Notes under the pieces: model-generated | The model's input: the letters and a program-made list of their open reading frames with translations, nothing else | Told to the model about the DNA's origin: nothing | Databases searched by the model: none | Translations under genes and position numbers: made by a program | In this document: piece by piece, positions 9,182 through 18,294 of the stretch | How the letters are laid out: each line of letters starts with the position of its first letter | Position numbering within the stretch: position 1 is the stretch's first letter | Source of the DNA: Faecalibacterium sp. | GTDB taxonomy: Bacteria > Bacillota > Clostridia > Oscillospirales > Ruminococcaceae | DNA length: 40,000 nucleotides | Assembly: GCA_022652735.1 (NCBI GenBank) | Contig: JALCRP010000012.1 | Coordinates: forward strand, 20,952-60,951 | Direction of reading: 5' to 3'

Positions 9182-9243
9182 AACAAAATGTTCTCCTATC
9201 CATAGCATTCCGAAGGAGGGAAACTTAAATAAATAACATTCTT

Positions 9244-9272
9244 ATTATACTTTTGAAAGCGCGGCAATGCAA
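9244..9272 (-). promoter_or_regulatory. Sigma-A type promoter for glgP
   Basis: On the minus strand: -35 TTGCAT, 17-nt spacer, -10 TATAAT. Confidence 0.5.
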
Positions 9273-9416
9273 GAAAATTGTGCCGCTTCCCGGTAAAAAC
9301 AGAAAAAGCCGCGCGGATTTTACAAAATGGGCTTTTTCTTCCTGCTAAATTATATTATAATAGTGTATAACCTAAAACAGATGTGTGGCAGCGTTTCGGA
9401 AAGGAAGACAACGTCC

Positions 9417-9767
9417 ATGATTAATAAAGTGCGGGTGACGATCGCGGGGGCGCCTTACGTGATCTCCACGACTGATACAGAGGAATATGTGAGCGGGCTG
9501 GCTGGCCAGCTGGATACCGATCTGCAAGAGGTGCTGCAGGCGAACCCGAATCTCTCGGTGACGCGGGCGGCCGTATTTTGCGCCCTCGATTATCTCGACC
9601 GGGTGAAAAAAAGCACCGGCAGCGCCGACAATATGCGCAACCAGATCAAAGATTATCTGGCCGATGCGGCGAAAGCGAAGCTGGATGCCGATGAGGCCCG
9701 GCGCGAAGTAGAGCGCCTGAAACGCGAAGTGCAGTATTTGAAAGAACAGGGCGCAGGGCGGGGCTAA
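9417..9767 (+). CDS. zapA: Cell division protein ZapA
   Basis: 116 aa. The sequence MINKVRVTIAGAPYVISTTDTEEYV...LSVTRAAVFCALDY plus a C-terminal coiled coil fits ZapA. The internal ATG at 9417 has an SD-like AAGGAAG. Confidence 0.85.
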   Translation: MINKVRVTIAGAPYVISTTDTEEYVSGLAGQLDTDLQEVLQANPNLSVTRAAVFCALDYLDRVKKSTGSADNMRNQIKDYLADAAKAKLDADEARREVERLKREVQYLKEQGAGRG

Positions 9768-9781
9768 ACCGCCCTTTTTTT
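9756..9781 (+). terminator. Hairpin plus T7 tract overlapping the zapA stop codon
   Basis: GGGCGG-ggctaaa-CCGCCC is followed by TTTTTTT. The zapA TAA stop lies in the loop. Confidence 0.65.
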
Positions 9782-9799
9782 ATGAGAACGGGGAGATAT

Positions 9800-11866
9800 A
9801 TGAAACAAATCGAGATCCTTGCGCCCGTCGGGAGCGAAGAAATGCTGAAAGCTGCCGTATTTAGCGGGGCGGACGCAGTATATCTGGGCTTTGATGGGAT
9901 GAATGCCCGCACCGGCGCGGGCAATTTTGACGCCGCAACGCTGCCCAAAGCCGTGGCCTTCTGCCATGCGCGTGGGGTGCGGGTGCACGTCGCTATGAAT
10001 ACAACGCTGTATGGGCACGAGCTGGCCGGCGCCGCCGAGGCTGTGGCGGCCGTGGCGGCTTCTGGGGCGGATGCGGTGATCTGTCAGGATTTAGCGGTGG
10101 CCAAGCTTTGCCGCGAAATTGCGCCCGAGCTGCCGCGCCACGGCTCGACACAGATGAGCGTACACACGCTGGCGGGCGCTTTACAGCTGGCCGAAATGGG
10201 CTACACGCGCGTGATTTTGGCGCGCGAGCTGAGCATGGCCGAAATCGAACATATCACAAAGCACTGCGGCATTGAGACGGAAGTGTTCGTGCATGGCGCG
10301 CTTTGCATGAGCATGAGCGGCCAATGCTACCTTTCGGCATTTTTGGGCGGCCGCAGCGGTAACCGCGGCAGCTGCGCCGGGCCGTGCCGCCTGCCGTTTG
10401 ATGCCGGGCAGGTGCCCGAGGGGCAGCCGGGGCGGCGCCACCATCTTTCGCTGAAGGATAATTCTGTGATCGACCGGCTGGCCGAGCTTCAGGCGCTGGG
10501 CGTAGCCAGCGCTAAAATCGAGGGCCGCCTGCGCACCCCCGAATATGTGGCCGCCGCCGTGGACGCCTGCCTTGCCGCGCGCGCCGCGCGCGCGTATGAC
10601 CGCGAACTTTTGCGCCGCGCGTTCAGCCGCAGCGGCTTTACCAGCGGCTGGTTCGACGGCAAGATCGACGGCACGATGTTTGGCACCCGCAGCGAGGCGG
10701 ACGCCGACGAAACCAAAAAGACACTGCCCGCGCTGCGGGAGCTGTATCGGCGCGAGCGCAGCTGCGTCCCCGTGACGATGCAGCTGGATCTGGAGCCGGA
10801 AGGCGAGAAGCTGTCCGTGACGGATACAGACGGCAATAAAGCCATTGCCTATGGCGAAACTGTGCCGCAGCCCGCACAAAAAGACCCTACGGAGGCCTAT
10901 CAGCGCAGCCTTTGCAAAACCGGCGGTACGCCGTTTACCGTTGCATCTGTCAAGGTGACGGCGGGCGCAGAAAGCTTCGTGCCCGGCGGCGTTATCAACG
11001 AAATGCGCCGTGCGGCGCTGGAAAGCCTGTTGGAAAAGCGCGAAGCAGCACGCCCGTGGGCCGTAAAGCCGTTTGCCTTGCCGGAATATCCGCCGCGCAC
11101 CGCACCCGCCGTGCAGACGCTCCGCGCGCGTTTTGCCGCGTGGGAGCAGGTGCCCGAGGAAGAATTACAGGGGCTGGAATATCTGATTTTGCCCATCGCG
11201 CAGGCGGACAATATCCCGCCGGAATGGCGCGCCAAAACCATCCTTGAGCTGCCGCGCGCCATGTTTGGTACGCTGGAAGAGGATATGGCCCGCCGGATTG
11301 AGACTGTACAGGATAAGGGCTTTGCAGGTTTTTCGGCGGATAACATTGCGCACTTCCGCTTGGCAAAGGGCCAGCCGATCTTCGGCGGCTTTGGGCTGAA
11401 CGTTACAAACCCGATGGCGGCCGAGGAATATGTGCGTCTCGGCGCAAAAAGCATCCTGATTTTGCCCGAGGTAAAGGATACGGACATTTCGTGCATTGCC
11501 CCTGCCGCGGGCGGCAGGCCTGTGCCGACAGGCGCGTTTTTCTACGGCCACATGCCGCTGATGCTGACGCGCGCCTGCCCGCTGCAAAATGTACACGATT
11601 GTGCCCACTGCACCCGGCAGGGCTTACTGACAGACCGTAAAGCAAAAAAGCTTGCGGTACGCTGTGGGCTTGGGGTACGCACAATCTATAACCCGGTGCC
11701 GATTTATATGGGCGATAAGCCGGATGCGCTGGCTGTGGATTTCGGCCTTGCCTATTTTTCGCTCGAAACAAAAGAGGAGGCCGCGCACGTTTTGCAGCTG
11801 CTGCGCGCACACGCCCCGTTTGACGGCGAGTTTACCCGCGGGCTGTACTTTAAGGGCACCTGCTGA
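9800..11866 (+). CDS. U32 family protein with long C-terminal extension (RlhA/YdcP-like; annotated historically as collagenase-like peptidase)
   Basis: The N-terminus MKQIEILAPVGSEEMLKAAVFSGADAVYLG is typical of U32. A Cys cluster C169-x6-C176-x15-C192-x3-C196 is present. A GGGGAG SD precedes the ATG at 9800. Confidence 0.9.
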   Translation: MKQIEILAPVGSEEMLKAAVFSGADAVYLGFDGMNARTGAGNFDAATLPKAVAFCHARGVRVHVAMNTTLYGHELAGAAEAVAAVAASGADAVICQDLAVAKLCREIAPELPRHGSTQMSVHTLAGALQLAEMGYTRVILARELSMAEIEHITKHCGIETEVFVHGALCMSMSGQCYLSAFLGGRSGNRGSCAGPCRLPFDAGQVPEGQPGRRHHLSLKDNSVIDRLAELQALGVASAKIEGRLRTPEYVAAAVDACLAARAARAYDRELLRRAFSRSGFTSGWFDGKIDGTMFGTRSEADADETKKTLPALRELYRRERSCVPVTMQLDLEPEGEKLSVTDTDGNKAIAYGETVPQPAQKDPTEAYQRSLCKTGGTPFTVASVKVTAGAESFVPGGVINEMRRAALESLLEKREAARPWAVKPFALPEYPPRTAPAVQTLRARFAAWEQVPEEELQGLEYLILPIAQADNIPPEWRAKTILELPRAMFGTLEEDMARRIETVQDKGFAGFSADNIAHFRLAKGQPIFGGFGLNVTNPMAAEEYVRLGAKSILILPEVKDTDISCIAPAAGGRPVPTGAFFYGHMPLMLTRACPLQNVHDCAHCTRQGLLTDRKAKKLAVRCGLGVRTIYNPVPIYMGDKPDALAVDFGLAYFSLETKEEAAHVLQLLRAHAPFDGEFTRGLYFKGTC

Positions 11867-12057
11867 GAAAAAAAGCCCGGCGGGCGCTTTCAAATGTGCT
11901 TTTAGGCGTGCCCGCAAAGGCCGGCCGCATGGTGCGCAGCCCAAGGCAAAACCGCCCGGCAAGGCGGCCGCAGGCCAGCGCTTTTCTTGCGGGAGCGCGA
12001 AAAAGAATCTTTTTGCGGGAAAATACGAGAAGTATAGATAAATAAGGAGAAAACAAA

Positions 12058-12507
12058 ATGGAAACGATCTCGGTACATTATAAAGTGCTGGACCCGCGCG
12101 CCGAGGCGCCGGGCTATGCCACGCCGGGCGCGGCGGCTGCCGATCTGCATGCCGTGCTGGATGCGCCGCTGACGCTGGCGCCGATGCAGCGCGCGCTGGT
12201 GCCCACGGGGCTTGCCATTGCGCTGCCGGGGCCGGAGATGGTGGCGCTTGTGTATGCGCGCAGCGGCCTTTCCATCAAGCACGGCCTTTGCATGGCAAAC
12301 GGCGTCGGCGTGATCGACAGCGATTACCGCGGCGAGCTGAAAGCACCGATGATAAACTTGGGGCAGGAGCCTTATACCATTGCGCCGGGCGAGCGCATTG
12401 CCCAGCTGTGCATTGCGCCTGTGTATACAGCGGCATTTGTGCGCGCGGATACGCTGGACGAAACACAGCGCGGCGCGGGCGGCTTTGGCTCGACGGGCAA
12501 AAAGTGA
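12058..12507 (+). CDS. dut: dUTP diphosphatase
   Basis: 149 aa. Motifs GVIDSDYRGE and a C-terminal GGFGSTG are present. An AAGGAG SD precedes the start. Confidence 0.95.
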   Translation: METISVHYKVLDPRAEAPGYATPGAAAADLHAVLDAPLTLAPMQRALVPTGLAIALPGPEMVALVYARSGLSIKHGLCMANGVGVIDSDYRGELKAPMINLGQEPYTIAPGERIAQLCIAPVYTAAFVRADTLDETQRGAGGFGSTGKK

Positions 12508-12517
12508 GGCAGAAAAA

Positions 12518-12769
12518 ATGAAATGGAGCAAAACTTTTTGGTTTGCTTTCTGGCTGCTGGCCGGGCTGATTGTCGGCGGGCTGCTGGCGAGCCTGTGCGG
12601 GCAGATCAGCTGGCTTTCTTGGCTGGCCTACGGCGACAGCATCTCCTTTTCGCCGGCGGCTGATCTGGTGATCCTGAAGTTTTCGCTGGAATTGACGTTT
12701 CAGCTGAATCTGGCCGAGGTGCTGTGTGTGCTGGGGGCCATGTTCTGCTATCATCATTTTCGCATGTGA
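12518..12769 (+). CDS. Small membrane protein, DUF4321-like
   Basis: 83 aa with two hydrophobic helices. It sits immediately upstream of maf-mreB, as DUF4321 genes usually do in Clostridia. A GAGG SD is present. Confidence 0.7.
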   Translation: MKWSKTFWFAFWLLAGLIVGGLLASLCGQISWLSWLAYGDSISFSPAADLVILKFSLELTFQLNLAEVLCVLGAMFCYHHFRM

Positions 12770-12783
12770 GAAAGGCGTTTTGC

Positions 12784-13356
12784 ATGGAAATCATTTTGGC
12801 TTCGCAAAGCCCGCGCCGGCGCGAGCTTTTGAGCCTGATTACCAAAGAATATACCGTTGAGCCGAGCACGGTAAACGAGCGCGCCATCCATGCCGCAAGC
12901 CCCAAAGCGCTTGTAAAAGCGCTGGCCGGGGCCAAGTGCCGCGATGTCGCGCAGCGGCATCCGGGCGCGCTTGTGATCGGGTGTGACACGGTAGTGGATT
13001 GCGGCGGCGAGGTACTTGGCAAGCCGAAGGATGCGGCCGACGCGCGCCGGATGCTGGCGGCGCTTTCGGGCGCCGAGCATGCCGTGCATACGGGTGTGTG
13101 CATGGCTTGCGGCAAGCACGAGGCAAACTTTACGGTAACAAGCCGGGTGCGCTTCTTTCCCATCCCGCCGCAGGAGATTGAGGCATATATCGCCACGCAG
13201 GAGCCTTACGATAAGGCCGGCGCCTATGCCATCCAAGGCCGCGCCGCCCTTTGGCTGGATGCGATCGAGGGCGATTATTACAATATTATGGGGCTCCCTG
13301 TCAGCAGGGTGGCCGCGGCGCTCGGGCGCTTTGCGGCAGACACGGAAAAAACGTAA
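12784..13356 (+). CDS. maf: Maf-like nucleoside triphosphate pyrophosphatase / septum formation protein
   Basis: MEIILASQSPRRRELL...DKAGAYAIQG. I used the start at the internal ATG at 12784. Confidence 0.92.
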   Translation: MEIILASQSPRRRELLSLITKEYTVEPSTVNERAIHAASPKALVKALAGAKCRDVAQRHPGALVIGCDTVVDCGGEVLGKPKDAADARRMLAALSGAEHAVHTGVCMACGKHEANFTVTSRVRFFPIPPQEIEAYIATQEPYDKAGAYAIQGRAALWLDAIEGDYYNIMGLPVSRVAAALGRFAADTEKT

Positions 13357-13374
13357 AATTTTCACGAGCGGCGC

Positions 13375-13403
13375 TTGTGTTCCCTTGTGCGGCGGGCTAT
13401 AAT
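13375..13403 (+). promoter_or_regulatory. Sigma-A type promoter for mreB
   Basis: -35 TTGTGT, 17-nt spacer, -10 TATAAT. Confidence 0.55.
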
Positions 13404-13479
13404 ATACTCGTATCGCTATGATAATGGGTTATCAGCGTTTCGCTTTTGAAAGATAGAGGATATAAAGGAGTTTCGGATC

Positions 13480-14502
13480 ATGAGTTTCTTTTCAAAGGAT
13501 GTCGGTATTGATTTGGGTACGGCAAATACCCTGGTATATATGAAGGGCAAGGGCATCATCATGCGGGAGCCGTCGGTTGTTGCCGTCGACACCAAAACGG
13601 ATGAAGTGCGTTGCGTCGGCCATGAGGCGAAAGCCGTCATCGGCCGTACGCCGGGCAGCATCGTCGCCGTGCGCCCCCTGAAGGACGGCGTGATCGCCGA
13701 CTTTGATATTACGGCCAACATGCTCGAGCGCTTTTTGAAAAAGGCCTGCGGCAGCGGCATGTTCGTGCGGCCTCGCGTTGTCATCTGCATTCCGTCGGGC
13801 GTGACGGAAGTGGAGCGCCGCGCCGTAAAGGAAGCGACGCTGAAAGCGGGCGCCCGTCAGGTATCTGTGATCGAGGAGCCGATGGCCGCCGCAATCGGTG
13901 CGGGCCTGCCCATCAGCGACCCGACCGGCAGCATGATTGTGGACATCGGCGGCGGCACGGCCGAGATCGCCGTCATCAGCTTGGGCGGCATTGTGGCCTC
14001 CCGCAGCGTCCGCATGGCGGGCGATATGTTCGATCAGGCAATCATCGCGTTTGTAAAGCGCAAGTATAATCTGCTGATCGGCGAGCGCACCGCCGAGGAA
14101 GTGAAGATCGAGATCGGCTCTGCTTTTGTGCAGGACCCCGAAATGACGATGGAGATCAAGGGCCGCAACCTCGTGGACGGCCTGCCGAAGAATATTGTTG
14201 TGCACAGCGAAGAAATCCGCGAAGCACTTCTGGAATGCCTTGTCAAGATCGTCGAGGCAATCAAAGAGACTTTGGAGCGTACCCCGCCGGAACTGTCTGC
14301 CGACATCATCGATCACGGCATCACGCTTTCGGGCGGCGGCGCGCTGCTGCGCGGGCTGGATAAGCTGATTCAGAGCGAGACGGGCATCGACGTGCATGTG
14401 GCCGAAAGCCCGCTGGACTGCGTGGCGATGGGCGCCGGCGCGGTGCTGGATCATGTCGATGTGCTGAGCGATGTGCTTGACGAGAACACACCCCACATGT
14501 AA
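13480..14502 (+). CDS. mreB: Rod shape-determining protein MreB
   Basis: 340 aa actin-like ATPase. Motifs GIDLGTANT and DIGGGTAEIAV are present. Confidence 0.97.
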   Translation: MSFFSKDVGIDLGTANTLVYMKGKGIIMREPSVVAVDTKTDEVRCVGHEAKAVIGRTPGSIVAVRPLKDGVIADFDITANMLERFLKKACGSGMFVRPRVVICIPSGVTEVERRAVKEATLKAGARQVSVIEEPMAAAIGAGLPISDPTGSMIVDIGGGTAEIAVISLGGIVASRSVRMAGDMFDQAIIAFVKRKYNLLIGERTAEEVKIEIGSAFVQDPEMTMEIKGRNLVDGLPKNIVVHSEEIREALLECLVKIVEAIKETLERTPPELSADIIDHGITLSGGGALLRGLDKLIQSETGIDVHVAESPLDCVAMGAGAVLDHVDVLSDVLDENTPHM

Positions 14503-14621
14503 CTCAAAAGCGTAAGCGCGGGCCGGCAGGTTTGCCGGCGCCCGGCGCTTTGCACGGCGCGGGCAGCCCGGAAGCTGACCGCGCCGCTTTCTTATCAGCA
14601 AAAAAGGAGGCGGCAGCACAG

Positions 14622-15452
14622 GTGAAAGATTTCTTTGAAACGAAACGCTTCAAGATTTTGCTCGCGGTCGCGGTGTTTCTGGCGGGCATGATGGCCTATG
14701 CCGGCGCGAACGGCCGCCTGACCGCCGCACCGCAGCAAATGCTGAGCGTGATCGTGCAGCCGTTCCAGTGGGTGGCGGCGCAGCTTAGCGCGGGCACCGG
14801 CGAGCTGTGGAATAAATACGTGAATATTGATAATATCCTCGCGGAAAACAACAAGCTTAAGGAAGAAAACGCCGCACTGGAACAGAAAATGAGCGACTAC
14901 GACCGCATGAAAGCGGAAAACGACGCCTACAAGAGCTTGGAAAAAATTCAGGATGAAAACCCCGGGGCAACCTACATTTCCGCCTTTATTATCGGGCGCG
15001 ATACGCTGGATGACTTTGGCAGCTTTACGATCGATCAGGGCACCTCGGACGGCATCAAAAAGGGCGATACCGTTGTCAGCGACGACGGCTACTTGGTTGG
15101 CACCGTGATCGAGGCGGACGTCAACAGCTGCAAGGTGCTGACGATTTTGCATCCGAGCTTTTCTGCGGCGGGCGTCGTTTCGCGTACCCGCGATAACGGC
15201 ATTATCTCCGGCAATTCGGCCTATGCGGCCGACGGCAGCTGCACGATGACGAACCTTGCGCGCGATACAATGGCAACGGCGGGCGATGAGGTCATCACAA
15301 CCGGCCTCGGCGGCGTTTATCCGCCGAATGTGCTTGTCGGCACCATTACCGAGCTAACCCCGGAGACAAGCGGCAAATCTGCGATTGCGGTGATCGAACC
15401 GGGTGCATCCATTAAAACGCTGACGCATGTTTTCGTAATCACGGATTACTAA
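14622..15452 (+). CDS. mreC: Rod shape-determining protein MreC
   Basis: An N-terminal TM helix and a coiled coil (ENNKLKEENAALEQK) are followed by a beta-rich C-terminus. I chose the GTG at 14622, preceded by AGGAGG. The track start at 14532 is a TTG without an SD. Confidence 0.85.
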   Translation: MKDFFETKRFKILLAVAVFLAGMMAYAGANGRLTAAPQQMLSVIVQPFQWVAAQLSAGTGELWNKYVNIDNILAENNKLKEENAALEQKMSDYDRMKAENDAYKSLEKIQDENPGATYISAFIIGRDTLDDFGSFTIDQGTSDGIKKGDTVVSDDGYLVGTVIEADVNSCKVLTILHPSFSAAGVVSRTRDNGIISGNSAYAADGSCTMTNLARDTMATAGDEVITTGLGGVYPPNVLVGTITELTPETSGKSAIAVIEPGASIKTLTHVFVITDY

Positions 15453-15487
15453 AGCCGCCGCGCAAAATAGGAAAAGGAGGCTGGCCT

Positions 15488-16012
15488 ATGGAATCCCGAC
15501 GCAGACGTATCCGCACAACGACGGTGCGCTGGCTTTTGTACAGCCTTACGCTGCTTTGCGCCGCGGCGCTGCAAACAATGCCCGGCTTTTTGCGCATCGG
15601 CGAATGCAAACCGTATTTTGTGCTTGGCATTGCGCTGGCCGTGGCGGTATATGAGGGCGAATTTTACGGCGCCTTGTTTGGTGCCGTGTGCGGCCTTTTA
15701 TGGGATTATCTCGGCGGGCGCACGGCCGGCATGCTGGCGTTGGGTATGATGATCCTGTGCTTTTTCAGCTCGGTGATCGTGCAGCTGTACCTGAAGCCTT
15801 CCTCTGTGAACTTCTTTTTGATGAATGCCGGGGCCGGGCTGATTTTGATGAGCACGGACTTTTTGTTTTTCTACCTGATGCGCGGCTACGCCGCACCGCT
15901 GCGGCGCTATTTTATTGTTGTTGTGCCGGAAGTGCTGATTTCGGCGGCGCTGGCGGTGCCCGTGCTGTATCTGATCCGCCGCATTGCGGATCGGTTTACG
16001 CTGCTGGATTGA
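15488..16012 (+). CDS. mreD: Rod shape-determining protein MreD
   Basis: 174 aa polytopic membrane protein directly after mreC. An AGGAGG SD is present. Confidence 0.8.
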   Translation: MESRRRRIRTTTVRWLLYSLTLLCAAALQTMPGFLRIGECKPYFVLGIALAVAVYEGEFYGALFGAVCGLLWDYLGGRTAGMLALGMMILCFFSSVIVQLYLKPSSVNFFLMNAGAGLILMSTDFLFFYLMRGYAAPLRRYFIVVVPEVLISAALAVPVLYLIRRIADRFTLLD

Positions 16013-16040
16013 ACATACTAAGAAAAAAGGAGGCGGGCGG

Positions 16041-18155
16041 ATGAAAGAGCGGAAAATGATGCTGCGGCGCATTTTGGTTTTGGTTGCGGCGACAGCGTTG
16101 GTACTGGGCTTTTATCTGCTGCGCCTTGTTTATTTGCAGCTGGTGCGGGGCGATTACTTTTTAAGCAAGGCTTCTAACACAACGAGCTACAATTTCCCCA
16201 TCACAGCCGCGCGCGGCGAGATCGTAGACCGCTACGGCCGCCGCATCGCCACCAATACAACCTGCTATAACCTTGTGGTGAACAAGCTGCTGTTGGGCAA
16301 TAACGATCTGAACGATACGCTCAAAAGCCTTGTAACGATTTTGCAGGCGAACGGCGAAAGCTGGAACGATACGCTGCTGATCGGCGCGCCGAAAGATGGG
16401 CACTATACGTTTACCGACGACGCAAACGATACCGGCGACCAAAAGATTCTTGCCCAGACGAAATCCGCTCTCGGCTTACAGCAGTATGCCACGGCCGACG
16501 ATGTGATGAATGCCATCATGGAAAAGTATACCCTTGCGGATTACGCGCCGGAATGGCAGCGCATCTTGGGCGGCATCCGCTGCGAGATGGATTTGGAAGC
16601 ATTTTCTAATGTAAACACATTTACGCTGGCATCCGGCGTTTCGGATACCACCGTCGCCATGATTAAGGAGCACAGCCTTACCATTTCGGGCGCTGAGATC
16701 GTGGAAACCAGCGTCCGCAGCTATCCCGACGGCACGATTTTGCCGCATGTGATCGGCTCGGTGGGCAAAATCACGGCCGAACAGTGGAAGGTAACGGACG
16801 AAAACGGAAAGAACAGCTATCCCCTGAAAGACCTTGGTTATAACATGAACGATCTTGTCGGGCAATCTGGGCTGGAAAGCGTCTACGAGCAGGATCTCTG
16901 CGGCGAAAACGGCAAGGAAACCGTAACGGTGGATTCTGACGGCGTGATTACGGACACAGAGGTGACAAAGGAAGCACAGCCGGGCAAAACCGTTATGCTG
17001 ACGATCGACGAGCGCTTCCAGAAATCTGTGGATGAGGCGCTGGAAAAGACAATCCTCAATTTGCAGCAGACGGGCGGCCTCGGCACCGGCGCCGAGGCAA
17101 ACGCGGGCGCCGTGGTGGTGCTGGATGTAAAAACCGGCGGCATTCTGGCGGCTTCCAACTATCCAAGCTACGATTTGAATCTCTACAGCTCGAGTTTCAG
17201 TGCCTACCGGGATGATCCCGGCCGCCCGCTGATTAACCGCGCGCTGGCCGGCCTGTATACGCCCGGTTCAACCTTTAAGCCCGCCGTGGCGATCGCGGCG
17301 ATGGATTCCGGCACGGTGCCGACGGACGAAACCGTTGTGTGCACCCACCGCTATACCTATTATTCCGATTATCAGCCAAGCTGCACAAACCACGGCCACG
17401 CCGTCGGCCAGCGGATGAATTTCATAACGGCGATCCAGTGGAGCTGCAATATCTTCTTTTATGATGTGGGCCGCCGCACGACAAGCGCCGTGTATGACGA
17501 ATACGCACAGCGGCTTGGACTTGGCGTAAAAACCGGCGTAGAAACACAGGCCGTAATCGGCAGCGGGCTGAGCGAATCAACCGGCCACCTGACGACCACC
17601 GAAGATTCCAACTATACGAAATCGCTGGAAGTTCAGGCCGCCATCGGGCAGGGCAATACCGTCGTTACGCCGGTGCAGATGGCAACGTATGCGGCGACGA
17701 TTGCAAATAAGGGCACCCGCTATAAAACGCATTTTGTGCAGGCGCTGATGGATACCAACACCGGCGAGGTGCTTGAGCAGGTCGAGCCTGTTGTCGAGGA
17801 TCAGATCGAAGACCCCGCCGGGGCTTTTGCCATTGTGGAGCAGGGCATGATTGGCGCGCGGGAATCGCTGGGCAGCACGGTTTTGACAAATTATCCCTAT
17901 ACGATCGCCTGCAAAACCGGCACACCGCAGCGCTCGGAAACGTATGCCACGGGCAGCGGCGTAAAACATTACTGCAACACCATGATGATTGCTTACGGCC
18001 CCGTAGAGGATCCGCAAATTGCCATCGGCATCGTGATCGAATACGGCAGCTCGGGCGCAAAGGCCGGCGAGCTTGTGGCCGATATTTTTAACGCCTATTA
18101 CTTTGAGCAATCCAGCACCCTTTCGGCGACGCAGGAGGGAACACTGCTTCCGTAA
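16041..18155 (+). CDS. mrdA: Penicillin-binding protein 2 (class B transpeptidase)
   Basis: Transpeptidase motifs STFK (PGSTFKP), SCN (QWSCNIFF) and KTG (ACKTGTP) are present, with an N-terminal TM anchor. An AGGAGG SD precedes the ATG at 16041. Confidence 0.92.
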   Translation: MKERKMMLRRILVLVAATALVLGFYLLRLVYLQLVRGDYFLSKASNTTSYNFPITAARGEIVDRYGRRIATNTTCYNLVVNKLLLGNNDLNDTLKSLVTILQANGESWNDTLLIGAPKDGHYTFTDDANDTGDQKILAQTKSALGLQQYATADDVMNAIMEKYTLADYAPEWQRILGGIRCEMDLEAFSNVNTFTLASGVSDTTVAMIKEHSLTISGAEIVETSVRSYPDGTILPHVIGSVGKITAEQWKVTDENGKNSYPLKDLGYNMNDLVGQSGLESVYEQDLCGENGKETVTVDSDGVITDTEVTKEAQPGKTVMLTIDERFQKSVDEALEKTILNLQQTGGLGTGAEANAGAVVVLDVKTGGILAASNYPSYDLNLYSSSFSAYRDDPGRPLINRALAGLYTPGSTFKPAVAIAAMDSGTVPTDETVVCTHRYTYYSDYQPSCTNHGHAVGQRMNFITAIQWSCNIFFYDVGRRTTSAVYDEYAQRLGLGVKTGVETQAVIGSGLSESTGHLTTTEDSNYTKSLEVQAAIGQGNTVVTPVQMATYAATIANKGTRYKTHFVQALMDTNTGEVLEQVEPVVEDQIEDPAGAFAIVEQGMIGARESLGSTVLTNYPYTIACKTGTPQRSETYATGSGVKHYCNTMMIAYGPVEDPQIAIGIVIEYGSSGAKAGELVADIFNAYYFEQSSTLSATQEGTLLP

Positions 18156-18162
18156 TGCTTTG

Positions 18163-18176
18163 TGAAAACGTTTTCA
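18163..18176. promoter_or_regulatory. Perfect cre-like palindrome TGAAAACGTTTTCA (candidate CcpA site)
   Basis: It matches every specified position of the cre consensus TGWAANCGNTNWCA. It lies 8 nt after the PBP2 stop and 35 nt upstream of the -35 box of the next promoter. Confidence 0.45.
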
Positions 18177-18210
18177 TCCTTGAATTTTGAAGGATTCGCA
18201 CAAAAGCCGG

Positions 18211-18239
18211 TTGTCAGAAAGCGGATTCTGTGTTAATAT
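18211..18239 (+). promoter_or_regulatory. Sigma-A type promoter for the MinD-like gene and mgsA
   Basis: -35 TTGTCA, 17-nt spacer, -10 TAATAT. Confidence 0.5.
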
Positions 18240-18294
18240 GTCACGTAGGATATTGTGGCCCGGCCCGGCCAGAAAGAGGTTTGGAGGCTGACAT

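Noticed and set aside
13492-14619. Minus-strand 375-aa ORF.
   Set aside because: It is antisense to mreB, whose identity is unambiguous.
14532-14621. Upstream-extended starts offered by the ORF track: mreC TTG 14532, glgP 9208, NfeD 6023, degV TTG 26622, int 33287, zapA 9327, maf 12724, mgsA 18954, rpoD 29375, U32 9782.
   Set aside because: In each case an internal start is preceded by a GGAGG-type SD at proper spacing and matches the usual family N-terminus. The extended starts lack an SD.
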